A stretch of 64,000 nt of DNA. It comes from the human T2T-CHM13v2.0 reference genome, Homo sapiens. A program made the position numbers and the translations under genes. This document shows positions 25,661 through 38,356 of the stretch, piece by piece. The notes beneath the pieces are model-generated. The model made no database searches. It saw only the letters and a list, made by a program, of their open reading frames with translations, and was not told the DNA's origin. The stretch lies in NCBI RefSeq assembly GCF_009914755.1, contig NC_060930.1; one strand, 5' to 3'. How positions within the stretch are numbered: position 1 is the first letter of the stretch; each line of letters starts with the position of its first letter.

Positions 25661-26204
25661 GGTAGCATAGTTACAGCTCTTACTTTGCATAGTACAGAAA
25701 CCAAATATTCAAATTATATTATGTGGGGAAAAACTGAGGAAAATTGTAACCCAATTTCACATATAAACTAGGAAGTGGGACATTAAAGCTCATAAAAATT
25801 GAGAGAATTTTCTCTCTTGTTCTTCTTGTCTCTTTTCCCTGAAAAATTGCTTCAGTCTTCCCCACAAGCCTGATTCTGTATTCAATCAGTGTACATGGCA
25901 AAAGGTTACTTCATCAACTGATTTTTTAAAATTTCCCTTTCAAAAATACCATTTCAGACTTAAACTTAGAATTTTTTATTTCTGATAATTCAAGGGAAGG
26001 TACTTAGGAATAGTGATGAAGGCAGGAATAGCATTAGGTGGCTGGTAAATTAGTCACCTCACTGCCAGAGGTCAATACCTGTATATTAAAGAAAGAAGAG
26101 GACATAAATCCCAGTCAAAAAGGAGGGCCATTAATTCGCTGTCCAGGAAGTTAGAATAAAATATCATGGAAAAGTTATATTAAAGTTAACTGAGAACCAG
26201 CATC

Positions 26205-26975
26205 AGTTAACATTAATAGAGTATATATTATGAAACATGTATGGTTCTAAACACTCTATGTATTCTAGTTCATTTAATCCACATAGTGTTGTGGTCTTTC
26301 TGCTCCTTAGCTCAGCTAGGTCTGAGTTCTTATCTCACTACCAGGAAGAATTAGGCATGGGGACACTGGAGAGTGAGTGGAGTAGAATTTGTTAAGCGAA
26401 AGGAAAACTCTCAGCAGGGAAGGGATGCCAGGGAGGGGCAGGGCGGTGGTTCCCCTACCCGAAGGACAGAAAAGTCCCCAGCGTGGCTGGATCTGGGGCC
26501 CTTTATGGACTCAGAATGGGGAGTGCATGCTGATTGGTTTGTGAGTATGCAAAAAAGTTTAAAGTGAAGACATCATTCAAAGGTGTGCATGACAGTGTAG
26601 AAAACCAATTAGGAAAGGGTAGATACATGCAAAATAGGTGAAGGGTGGAGATCAATCTGAGGAAAATACGCCAAATGGGAAGACAAGTTCTCAATCCGGT
26701 TGCAGGATTGAATTTGTCACTTAGCTTCCAGGCTTTAAATTGTCTTCAGCTTGAAGGTGAGGTTTCACTGGGGACTTGCTTCTATCTGCCTAGGCATGTG
26801 GCTGCCTCCTGCCACTCTCAATAGTAATGCTACTAATGAATGCGTTATTCCTGTTTTCCAGATTAGAAAACTGAGGTTGATAAAGCTTAAGTAATTTGAC
26901 TAAAAACATGCAGCCTATAATCTGTAAAGCCAGGATTTGAGCAACATAGCTGACCCTATAGGTCTGTAGATTTAA
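26205..26975 (-). mobile_element. MIR SINE split by an ERV1 LTR
   Basis: Left part ...tcatttaatccacatag; right part gttttccagattagaaaactgagg...ttaagtaatttg...gccaggatttga. Confidence 0.75.
26287..26820 (-). mobile_element. ERV1 solo LTR (LTR27/LTR28/MER52 group)
   Basis: TG...CA termini, 534 bp, 4-bp TSD ATAG (26283-26286 and 26821-26824). The minus strand starts tgagagtggcaggaggcagcc...cctaggcagatag and carries a CCAAT box (aaccaatcagc) and a TATA-like cataaa. Confidence 0.88.
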
Positions 26976-28134
26976 ACAGATTTTAGTGATTTTTATATGT
27001 AAAGGTGGGAGGTAAAAATAGTAAAATTGTCATATTGAGCCCTAAACTTAATAATAAACCAAACAATTAGAATGTTTAGCTCGTTATGGATAATCATGTA
27101 ATTTTATACAAAAAAAGTTATATAGTGGTATCTTTAAGCATCCTCAAATATCATTCTTTTTTCTTCTGACCATAGACAAACCCTGGTCAAATCTGCCTCA
27201 CCTAATCTTCTTTGGTTTAATTTAGACTTCCTCTTGAAAAGTCTCAACCTAAAATTGGAGTACCTCAGTTATTTGCAAGATTCAGATAAGATTCACTTAT
27301 GTTTATTATGAAGTGTGAATATCAAGCATGTCCATCAGTTATCTCTAATTGTGTGAGGAAGACAGTGTTGCATAACAAACAGGCCTCCTTTGTTGTTGAA
27401 TAAGGCTTTGTTTTTGGTGAGCTTTGATTAGTCAAAAGCCTAATAAAATAAAATTTATCTCATTCTATTTGCCAAGGATATCAAATCACCTTTGTAAAAG
27501 CAAAGTAAGTGTTCTTAGGAGTTAGTTCCATTTGTACTTTCAGGTTCCTTTTCTAAAGAAACCATGTAGTATTTTAACTTTAGGAGGGCTTAAAAAGCCA
27601 GAGTAGGATGGGAAAATAATTTCTTGGGGGACTAAGGAGACCCCACACAGTACAGAAAGGCGTTGGCTATTTATGGAGCTTTCAGACTGATTCCTAGAGA
27701 GATAGGCTAAACGCAAATGGGAGCTTATGCATTTTATACCCTTCAATAACCAACTATACATGAAAACAAACCTATTTTAGCAAAATTCCACAGAACTGCT
27801 TCATTCTATTTTAAATTTGTGGAACAGTTTAAAGATACTCATAACTACATAATTCTTGGGGTATAAAGGATAAAATATTTTTCATAAATCAAAGGTCTAT
27901 AATAAGTTGAAAAACTACTAAAACAAAACAAAACAAATACAGTGTTCTCAGATTATCTTGCAGCAACAGGAGCAGAAGAATGTGTTGTCTTCATACAAGG
28001 GTAATGTGTTGACATCTCTGCCACTGTTTTTAAAAAATCCTAATATTGGTATAATTATTCCCAGATATTTAAATATACAATATTTTAGTATAAATTTTAT
28101 GTTTTATTCTATTTCAATATAAATTTTAGATGGA

Positions 28135-28957
<823 letters not shown>

Positions 28958-31349
28958 TAAAATATATTATTCTTTAATGTGCAATGTTATTAAAGCTTTT
29001 TCTTATTTAAATATTTTAATTATAATTTTATAATGATTGTAAAATATAATTGAAAACCTCATTAATGCATGATTTTATGTAGTATATATTTATGGAGAAA
29101 ACTACTATATGTAAGATCCAATTTTCGATAGTAAAAGATATAAATATTACATATATCCCTGTCTGCTAGGAACTTACTCTGCTTGAGGAGAAAATAAAGC
29201 ATTCAACTAATTATAATTTAATATAGTATTTGACAAGTAACCGTAAATTGATGTCCATTGGCAATAAACCATTATTAGATAGAAGTGGCAAAAAGTGGAG
29301 AAAGGAAGAACAAGTATACTATTTTTTTAAGTTATATTGAGGAAAATCTGAATTATTTATATTAGGAAGAGATATGGTTACCATTTCATCTGAAACAGAT
29401 CAACAACAGAGAGTGACAGAAATTGTATCAACACAAAGGATTAAATTTATATTAAGGAAAAAGAGAATTACCAAAGACTTGTGAGTAGATCACTATATAA
29501 CCAAAATACTTTTAGAAAAGTGAATCTGTTGGCAGTGCAGAAAGTGGAAAGAATGGAGAGCCAGGTAGAAGGGTAAAAAGTTCCAATGAACAAAATACTC
29601 AAATTATAAAGTAATCAGAGCTTGAAAGAGAGTTGTTGCAAGGGAAATGGAGAATGAGAAGCACATTTGAAAATACTAGATATTTTAAGGAAAGAACACA
29701 ATTTCAAGAATGAGTAGACTGGGCTAGGGACAAAAGTGATAATCAAACACATTTGTTTTCTGACTATTCTAAATTAAACAGAGATCTTCCAAACCATTAA
29801 TGTAATTAGAAGTCTGTAATCAAATTTCAATATCATCTACTCTCTTGCATATAATGACATTATTTTTCATTTATTTATAAATTAATTATAAATTCCATCA
29901 ATTAAACATAATTATTTAAGCATTGCCTGTCCAAAAAATTTCATTCTGTGTGGACAGATGCTCTAATGTTGACACAAATGTCTGCCTAATGATAGAAACA
30001 CATTGTTGACTAAGCAAATTAAATAAATGAAGGAAAATTTTTTCCACTCTCTTTAGTGTTAATCATAGATACCCACTGCAGCCACCTCCTTCAACATTTT
30101 AGAGAAAAGACTGTAGCAATATCATGTATCTCTGTTGACATCATTAGCTGGCATCCTTTGGATAGCCTAAACCAAAATCAATGTAAAAATTAATTTAACT
30201 AGTCAAAAACACTCATGTCTAAGGTTTAGAGGCTTCAATTTACATCACTGCACTTTAAAGACAGGCTGTTGTATGACTAGTTTGGGAGTCTCATCCTTAT
30301 AACTAAAAGATTGCCTCTCAGTTGAAGATGGGCAATCTTGAGTCTTAATCAAAATTAACAAAATTGGTATCAATTTTATTTCCTGCCTAGGCAAAATAGC
30401 AAGTTTTCTGATACTAAACTGAGCATTTAAAAGTTCACGAAGATATAAAAGAAGCCAAATCTTGAGAAAATTTTTAAAAACTGTTAGAATTTGAAGATTC
30501 CATAACAAAGTCGGTGTGGAATTTCCATTAATCACCCCGTTAATTATAATAGGATGAAAATAATATATTTGAAGTGTCTACTACATACTTGAATTCCTAC
30601 ATCAGAACAAGGTAAGGAATACTAGAAAAGGAAAAGACTGACTTTAATTTACCCAGTGTCTTGATCCATGTCTGGAATATAGACATTCCCTTGTTTCTCT
30701 CTGTTTCAGTAAGTAAGCATGGAGAACCCAGTTTGGTCATTCTTCTCCCTAAACATCCATTCATTCATTTCATGAAAAAAAAATCCTGTAATGCCAACTT
30801 GCTTAAGAAAATGTGTTGAAATCAAGACAGGTGCAGGAAAAGCATCCCTTTATCTTTATAGAGAACTGTAAACTATATTGCTAACAATTTCATGGGTTAG
30901 TCAGAAAATAATTGACCATTTTAGACAAATAGCTGTTAGGCATTGGAAATTGATAGCCATCATATTTTAAATAGATCTTCCTCTATTCAAAATGACTAAA
31001 CAAAAATCCTAAAACTCCCCAAAAGAGTATGCAACATAAAGAAAATAAAATAATGTATTGATAGACAACATACTTATGTAATTAATTTTTTTGCAAGATG
31101 TAAAGGAAAGTTTTAGTGACACTTATTTGACTCCACCAAAAGCTTACTCTCTAAAACAGGATTGGAGGCTATACTAAGTAAGTGAACTAAAATGCAGAAA
31201 TGAAAAACAAATACTTTTTTATAAAAACATGTAGAAAAACCCAAAATGAAATAATAAAATAAAAATTTCAATATAAGATAGTAAGAAGCAGGTTTAACCT
31301 TGTATAAAATTACATGTGAGTTATGGTGAGAAACCATTCCAAAATGCCA

Positions 31350-31900
31350 CAGAATATGACAAAAAATTAAAATAGTAAATGAAGATGATTAGCACAGGAA
31401 GTGAAAAAAATAAAGTAATAGGAATAAAAATAAAAATTAGATACAATTAAAGAAAACTTTTCTGAATTAAATAGTGAGCTTGGCCTACAAGTATCCCTTT
31501 ATTCTTAAAGATCAAATATTTCACTACAATATGTTTAATTGTCATTTCAAATATAAAAGAATATCTTGCAAGTGTTCTATCAGGAAGTAATATAGTTTAT
31601 CAATAAAAGGGCAAAAATAAGGCTAATCTGAGACATTTTCTCTGTAACTTGAAACATTAAAGAAAGTCTATAGAGTGTTATTAATAAAAACATTGTATTA
31701 TAATTGAAGAATTTTATAATGGTTTGGTTTGTTTTTGACCTATTAAGCAACAGAGAATTCCAAGAAGTGTGAGTTTTTAAAATGTAAATTCTTAAGTAAA
31801 CTGGACAAAGAAATATTTATCCTTCTCAGAAGTGAGTCAAAACTATATATTCAAAAAGGCAAAACTGATTATATAAAAACATAAGAAGTGAGCAATAAAA
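31350..31900 (+). mobile_element. Very old L1M/HAL1 ORF1-like relic
   Basis: aaagaaaacttttctgaatt...atcttgcaag...aaagggcaaaaataaggct...gacattttctc...agaattttata parallels the ancient ORF1 3' half. Confidence 0.45.
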
Positions 31901-31917
31901 TTAATTATACCGCAAAC

Positions 31918-32000
31918 TCTGTGAGACTATCCTGTCCTTTTGCTAAGGTTTTTTTCCTCAATATGAACACAATGCCTGGCACAGAGGAGGTGCTCATAAA
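31918..32000 (+). mobile_element. L2 3'-end fragment
   Basis: acacaatgcctggcacagaggaggtgctcataaa. Confidence 0.6.
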
Positions 32001-32503
32001 AGTATAAAATACATAAAACGATTGAAATAATTTTAAATACGGTTACTAAGTAAAATTCAAGCAAAATTTTGTAAAATCTGCTGTTTTTAATAATGTACAA
32101 AAATAGTCTAGGTGTATCAACAGATATTAATTTATCAACTACTTGAAGATGGGGTAAACGACAAGAGCAATGGAATTACCATAAATCACTTAATTTTATT
32201 GGTCTTTAAAAATGAAAGAAATGTCAGCTTAAATCTGAATTTTATAAATGTAATGGCAGTCACAAATAGAATTAAGAGCAGGACTTCAACTTCCTAAATC
32301 TTACAAATAATAAGTACAAATAAAATATTACATAAACTAGAAAGAACCCAAAAAAGAAAATAAGACTAAGAAAACAAAATTAAATAATAAAATTTCCAGT
32401 AACACAAAAATATAAATTAAACAATGAAGCAACTCTACTTGGCATATCTTCTGTTTAAAATCAAATCCTATTTCATGTTGTTTTTTGAAAAACTGGCCTC
32501 AAA

Positions 32504-32812
32504 CCCGGGTGTGGTGGCTCACACCTATAATCCCAGCCCTTTGGGAGGCCGAGGAGAGTGTATCACTTGATGTCGGGAGTTCGAGACCAGCCTGGTCAAC
32601 ATGGTGAAACCCCATCTCTACTAAAAATATAAAAATCAGCCAGGTGTGGTGGCAGTCGCCTGTAATCCCAGCTACTCAGAAGGCTAAAGCAAGAGAATCA
32701 CTTGAAACCTGGAGGAGAAGGCTGCAGTGAGCTAAGATTGTGGCACTGCACTCCAGCCTGGGCGACAGAGCTGGGCGACAGAGCTAGGCTCCATCTAAAA
32801 AAAAAAAAAAGA
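32504..32812 (+). mobile_element. Alu (AluS-like) with internal 13-bp duplication
   Basis: Dimeric Alu with A14 tail; gcctcaaac on both flanks; ctgggcgacagag repeated at 32758-32783. Confidence 0.95.
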
Positions 32813-32997
32813 AAGCCTCAAACAATATAATCCAGATTGTGAAGTAGAAAAACAAAAAGTTTACCCCACAAACACAATGCATTAATTAATCAAAATTAAT
32901 CAAGCTAGCAAGCTGCGATGTTAATATGCAAAAACAGTTAAGACAAATTGCATTAAGTAAGGACATGTTTAAAATAATAAAGGTGAAAAGTATATAA

Positions 32998-33548
32998 GAA
33001 TGCAAACTCCGTAAAGGCAGGTATCCACATCGGTTTTGTTCACTGACTATCTTAAGTACCTAGAAGAATTATAGCCCAAATAAAGTTCTTGTGATAGCTG
33101 CTGTGGTGCATACCCCAGATCCCAGAACCCCACCTCAGAATGAAGTCCTCATCCCCACAGCTGCTGGCAGTGTTGGCAGTGCAGCATATTTCCTCTTAGG
33201 ACTAGCCCTCAGCTTAACAAAGACACTCAGCTCAAGGCCATGCCTCCCTTCCTGTGCATGACAGACCAATTGAGGCGAGGATATAAAGGTAATACAACTT
33301 CACCCCAATTCCGGATAGCTCTGAAAGGCCATTACAGCTCCAGAGCTCCATGTAAGATCAGTCGAGGCTGTTGTAACTGCATCCCAGCCACATTTCTCTC
33401 TGTTCAATCTTGCTTCCTTCCTTCTTCAACAGGTACTGAACCTGAGATGAATCCTTAATAACTTTCTGCACAAAAGTCTCCATCACAGAGTCTCTTTCCC
33501 AGGTATCCTAATCCAAAACAGAGCTAAAAATATTGTTAAATTAATGAT
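32998..33548 (+). mobile_element. L2 3' terminus interrupted by LTR16
   Basis: gaatgcaaactccgtaaaggcagg...ttttgttcactg...gtacctagaa, resuming after 33520 with aaatattgttaaattaatga. Confidence 0.6.
33090..33520 (+). mobile_element. LTR16-family ERVL solo LTR
   Basis: TG...CA ends; ccccagatccc...cagctgctggcagtgttggc...ggatataaagg...ctctgaaaggccattacagctccagagctcc...ctccatcacagagtctctttcccagg. Confidence 0.85.
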
Positions 33549-34994
33549 GTAAAATAATAATCATGATTGTTCATGAACTTTATAACTTCAAATCCGTAAC
33601 CAAACACATCTGTGACTTATAGAGATACATATAAATATTTATAGTGAGAATGGATGCTATCTACTTACTTCTAACAGTATATGGTAGATCAGGAATATTA
33701 AGTGCAATATAAAGCCATAATGGAATAATTCCGTTACCTTTAATCTTTTTATACTTTTTTTCTCAATGACTATCCTTTATTAGCTTGCAGCCCCTAAGTG
33801 TATATTTTAATTTCTTCTTTAAAGGTAACTGTTCATGTAAGATCAACTTTGTATACATTTTAAAAAATCCATTGTACAGAGATTATAACTCCTTTCAGGT
33901 TTTTGAAAAGGTGTAAGATTCTTTGTTGCCCAGAATAGAATCCACTTTCCTAAGTATTCCTTAATGCTGGAAAAAAAGCAACATTTGTTACATATGAGAG
34001 TGACTGGGAGACATTCTCAGAGATGTGCATTTCAGAAACATGCCTCCCTACACGTGTGGGCACAAGCAACATCACTGCACACTTTTATGTTACGAAAATT
34101 AGAACAAGTTCTAAATTTTTAGAATAACTCCTGGCTATCTGAAAACATTGTATTAGAAATACTATGCTCTATTTTTATGTGTTAGAGCAGATTTCTCATT
34201 CTAATTATCATGCAATAAAGAAAGGAACAACACAAATAATACTAAACAACATGAGCTGAGCCAACAGGAAACAAAGAAATTCTTGAGATTAAAACCAAGG
34301 GTCTTATTCCTCTGGGAAAAAGCCATTTTGTGTGTGTTGCGCTCAGAGCCACCACACTACATATCATCAGGGGACATGATTCACACTGCATTCGACTTGT
34401 TATTCTTTTGTGGCTTTGTTTTCTTTACATAATGCAAATATTTCCACATCTCTAAATCCATTTTATGTGCTTTATGCAACAATTTGCATAGAGTTGATTT
34501 CCTGTAAGTCAAGTGCTATATATTAGAAGAATGATCTATACATGTGTAATGAGGTAAAGATAAATTCTATTACCTTATATTCTATGCTAAGAGCGCATGC
34601 CTTTACTATAAGTATAGAGAAAGAGATAAAAACAAGGATAGAACCAGGAATTATCACTGCATTAATTCCTTTTTCTAATCAGTGACAGAGCTAATAGACA
34701 ACAAAACACTGTAGATACTCAATGTAGTTGGATATTACAATGTGTTGTTTGGTTTCTTTAATTGCTTTAGACTGTATCTGCACCCGTATCACCATCTTCT
34801 ACATCAGAGGAGGACAGGTTCTATATTATGTTAAGACTTATCATTCTTGCTATGCTTAACATGTCATTCAAAGCTTCCATTTCAGTTATTATCCATTTTC
34901 CTGTGTCTGTGACAGACACCATAAGTTTGCACATCGCATCACTTATCCAATTCTCCACTGTCTTTCCTGTCTCTCTTCTAAGGGCTATACAAAC

Positions 34995-35660
34995 TTTAAA
35001 ACTACATGATTTCTCAGCGTCCTTTTCTATATTGGTTGATCATGTGATATAGTTATGGTCAATGAGATTTAAAAGGATTTTCCAGGTGCCACCTTCCCTC
35101 TCCCTCCTTCTTCCTGCCTGAAAGGATGATGTGAGGCACAGAATACAGCAAGCGTGTGATTACAAGGCCATAAGCAAGAACAAAAAGGAAGCACAGGCTG
35201 CGCAGTGGCTCACACCTGTAATCCCAGCACTTTGGGAGGCTGAGGTGGGCGGATCACAAGGTCAAGAGATCAAGACCATTCTGGCCAACATGGTGAAACC
35301 CTGTCTCTACTAAAAATACAAAAATTAACTGGGTGTGGTGGCACACGCCCGTAGTCCCAGCTACTCGGGAAGCTGAGGCAGGAGAATCACTTGAACCTGG
35401 GAGGTGGAGCCGAGATCATGCCATTGCACTCCAGCCTGGTGACAGAGCCAGATGCCAAAAAAAAAAAAAAAAAAAAAAAAAAAAGCACGGCAAGGATCAT
35501 GAAGCAGAAGACTACAGAAATTTGGTCCCTAAATGACACAGTAGAGCTTCAGCAATCCATACTGCTGGGTAGATTATGTGGGAAGAAGAAACCTTTATTT
35601 CTTTTAGAAATGTAAGCTGTATTTTCTGTAAATTGCATACAAAAATATTCCTATATGATA
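34995..35660 (+). mobile_element. MLT1 (MLT1K/L-like) LTR interrupted by an Alu
   Basis: catgtgatatagttatggtcaatgagat...ccttcttcctgcctg...[Alu]...gcagaaga...ggtccctaaatgac...attcctatatgata. Confidence 0.65.
35196..35484 (+). mobile_element. AluSc-like element with 11-bp internal deletion
   Basis: Diagnostic ggatcacaaggtcaagagatc and cctggtgacag; lacks gttgcagtgag after ggaggtggag; A28 tail; aagcac on both flanks. Confidence 0.93.
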
Positions 35661-35679
35661 TGCTCAATCTCCTCTACTT

Positions 35680-36352
35680 TCCACATCCAGTCCTCAACTC
35701 CTGTAAATTCTCCTTTCTCAAAGTCAGTGTTGTTCTATACATGCATCATATTGGTTTAAACTCAGGCTATAGCTATTACTTGTTTTAATGTCTTAGAAAA
35801 CTTTCTGTTCTTCCTGCCTGTAATAACAGACACCACCCAATCCACACTCATCATCTCACTAGTGTCTCTCAATTATTTTCAGTAGGAAGTCCAACATTAT
35901 TATAATGACACATAAGACCATTAAACTGTCCTTTGCCTACCTCTCCAGTTTCATAGACATCAAAATGCTCCCCAACTTCGCACTTCAGTGTATCATCCTG
36001 GCCTCTTCATGCCTTTATGCATCCGTGCAGACTACTTGTTCAGCCTAGAATGCCTTGATTGTCACTCCCCTACACCTCGTCCTTATTTACTATTCTGAAT
36101 CTTATTTATCTTTCAAGACAGAAAAGTCTTCCTTGATGCCGTACTTTACAATTATCAATACTACATGTTCTATCAGCACACTCAGGCTTAACATTACCAT
36201 TGGCATTATTATGACTACCTGTTTGTTGTCTATCTTTACCAGCTGGTTCTTTGGATAAATTAGTATTTATTTATTTTTACTTCCATACACACAATGCAAC
36301 CGCTGGCATATATCAGATGCTCAATAAATTGGAAAAACTAAAGGAATGAAAA
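35680..36352 (+). mobile_element. L2 LINE 3' region
   Basis: cacatccagt...gcctagaatgcctt...tctttcaagac...ctggcatatatcagatgctcaataaat...ggaatgaa. Confidence 0.7.
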
Positions 36353-36989
36353 AACAAATGTAATTAAAAGTGATTGGAATCATATATATTATCAATTAAC
36401 TATATCAATAACTACATTTAAATTCTTACTAATTTCCCAGAGTAATTTATGTCTGTTTATATTTTGTTAAAACTACACCTTCATGCAACAGTGTAGACAG
36501 CACACGTATCATTTTACCCTGTGTGGCAGACAAGGAACTAAGGTAAAAAGAAGAGATGTGACTTCCATATTATAATAGAGTTAAAGATTAAAAATGAGGA
36601 TTTAAATTTTACTTTAGCATATTTTCACTGTTATACAAATAGCTTTCTAGATCCTACACAAGAACACTCAAAATGTTTTATGTAATGTCATAAAAACATT
36701 TTTGTTGCAAATGTTACTGGTTAAAAATTGCATCTATAATAAAGTGCTACTCTTTAATAGCACTAGTATATAGTTCTCTTTATTTTAAAAACCACCTTAT
36801 TTTGATTTTGATTTTCTTATTCTCAACACTGGCAATGAGATCTCCAAAGACTTGTCATTCAATTACATCTCCTACTTCAGATGGCAAAAAGTATGTCTCC
36901 TTAATATTATCTTTGCTGTTACAAAAATTAATGCTAAAAGAAAACATTCTTAAATACACAAACAAAATTAGAATCCTCTTAAGCAGTCA

Positions 36990-37533
36990 CTTTTTGCCTG
37001 GATCATTGTAATAATCTCCTGCACAAACCTGTTCACCGTAGTCCATCCTGAAGAGCAGCCAGAATGATCCTGTTCAAATGTGTATTTGATCATGTCACTA
37101 TTTAGCTAAAGTCTTTCCAATTATTCTCCATTTTTCTCAGAGTAAATGTCAGAATTCTTACAAAGTCTTAAATGGCCATAAAAGACCTGGCCTCACATTA
37201 TTGCTCTTATCTCATCCGTTTTCTTTCCCAATTTTTCATTCTGCTCTAGGTACAGGGCTCTTCGTGTTTTGGAATATACCAGATATATGCCTGCCTCGGG
37301 GCCTGTGTCCTGGAAAGTACCTCTTCATGGAGTGTGCCTCAGATGAAGGCCTTATGATCATTTCCTTCATTTTTTCTAGCTTTTGCTAAAATGTCAGCTT
37401 AGCTACTACCGCATTGGAATTATAACCACTCTTCCAAGTATCTTTGCATTATGAAACAGTATTTGTCACCCACTAAAATGTGACATACTTTTCACTTTAT
37501 TAAATTCTTCCTTGCTGTTTGTACTCCCCTCAT

Positions 37534-37575
<42 letters not shown>

Positions 37576-37685
37576 TATCATTTTATAAGGGCAATGAATA
37601 AAATAACTTTTGTGTACTGATGTAGTCTCAGAGACCAGAATAGTGTCTGGAATAGTACGTGCACCACAATTTTGGATGAATATAT
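36990..37685 (+). mobile_element. L2 LINE 3' region
   Basis: gcctggatcattgtaataatctcct...gcagccagaatgatcct...gatcatgtcact...ctcagagtaaa...agaatagtgtctgg. Confidence 0.75.
37536..37573. repeat. (CA)19 microsatellite
   Basis: Perfect dinucleotide run. Confidence 0.98.
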
Positions 37686-37889
37686 TAAACATTAAAATAT
37701 AGACCTAAGAAGAAGACAAAAACAGAAGAAAAATCTCATAACAATACAATCCATTGCAAAATATTAGATTATCTGTCCTGGAGGAACTAATAATATAACA
37801 TACCTTGCTCCCATTCAAAAAGTTGAGAAACTGAAAATATTGGGACCTTTATTTTATTTCATTGCTTTTTGAGAATGTTAAGTAGTTGC

Positions 37890-38028
37890 TCCACTAATCT
37901 TCCGAGTGAATGTTTTCTGAAAGCTTGTTAGAAAGGCAGAATTTTGTTTCCACTGCAGACTTACTAAATCAGAAATTACATATTAACACCCATGATTTGT
38001 ATGCATCTTGAAGTTTGAAAAGCACTAA
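37890..38028. mobile_element. MER5A/B hAT-Charlie MITE fragment
   Basis: agcttgttagaaaggcagaatt...cagacttactaaatcagaa...tgatttgtatgca...aagtttgaaaagcact. Confidence 0.7.
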
Positions 38029-38093
38029 CCTCAATCAATCAAAGTTTCAAAGTTGAAAAGCAAGAGTGTAACCTAACAATGCAACCCTTTTAA

Positions 38094-38356
38094 TAGTGGT
38101 TTACCAGTGGACAGTGGAAGCAGGCTATTCTGGGCATAACCAATTATTTAGAACTTACACTACCACCCCTTCCAAATTATTTGAAGGAAGGAGCAGGATT
38201 TTATCAGTGGCATTGTGTAGAACTGTTAACATGCTAAAAATGAAAACTGATTTTAGTTAGCTTTATTTTTTTCAAATTCTCAATATGCACTCTCTTCCCT
38301 TAATGCTTGCACCTATAGTAGACCACCCCCACTGCTCTACTCTTGGTATGTCATGG
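38094..38356 (-). mobile_element. MER97-like hAT-Tip100 element, internally deleted
   Basis: caattatttagaactta...ttttatcagtggcattgtgtagaa...ttttagttagctttatt...cttggtatgtcatgg, with degenerate TIR-like ends. Confidence 0.55.
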
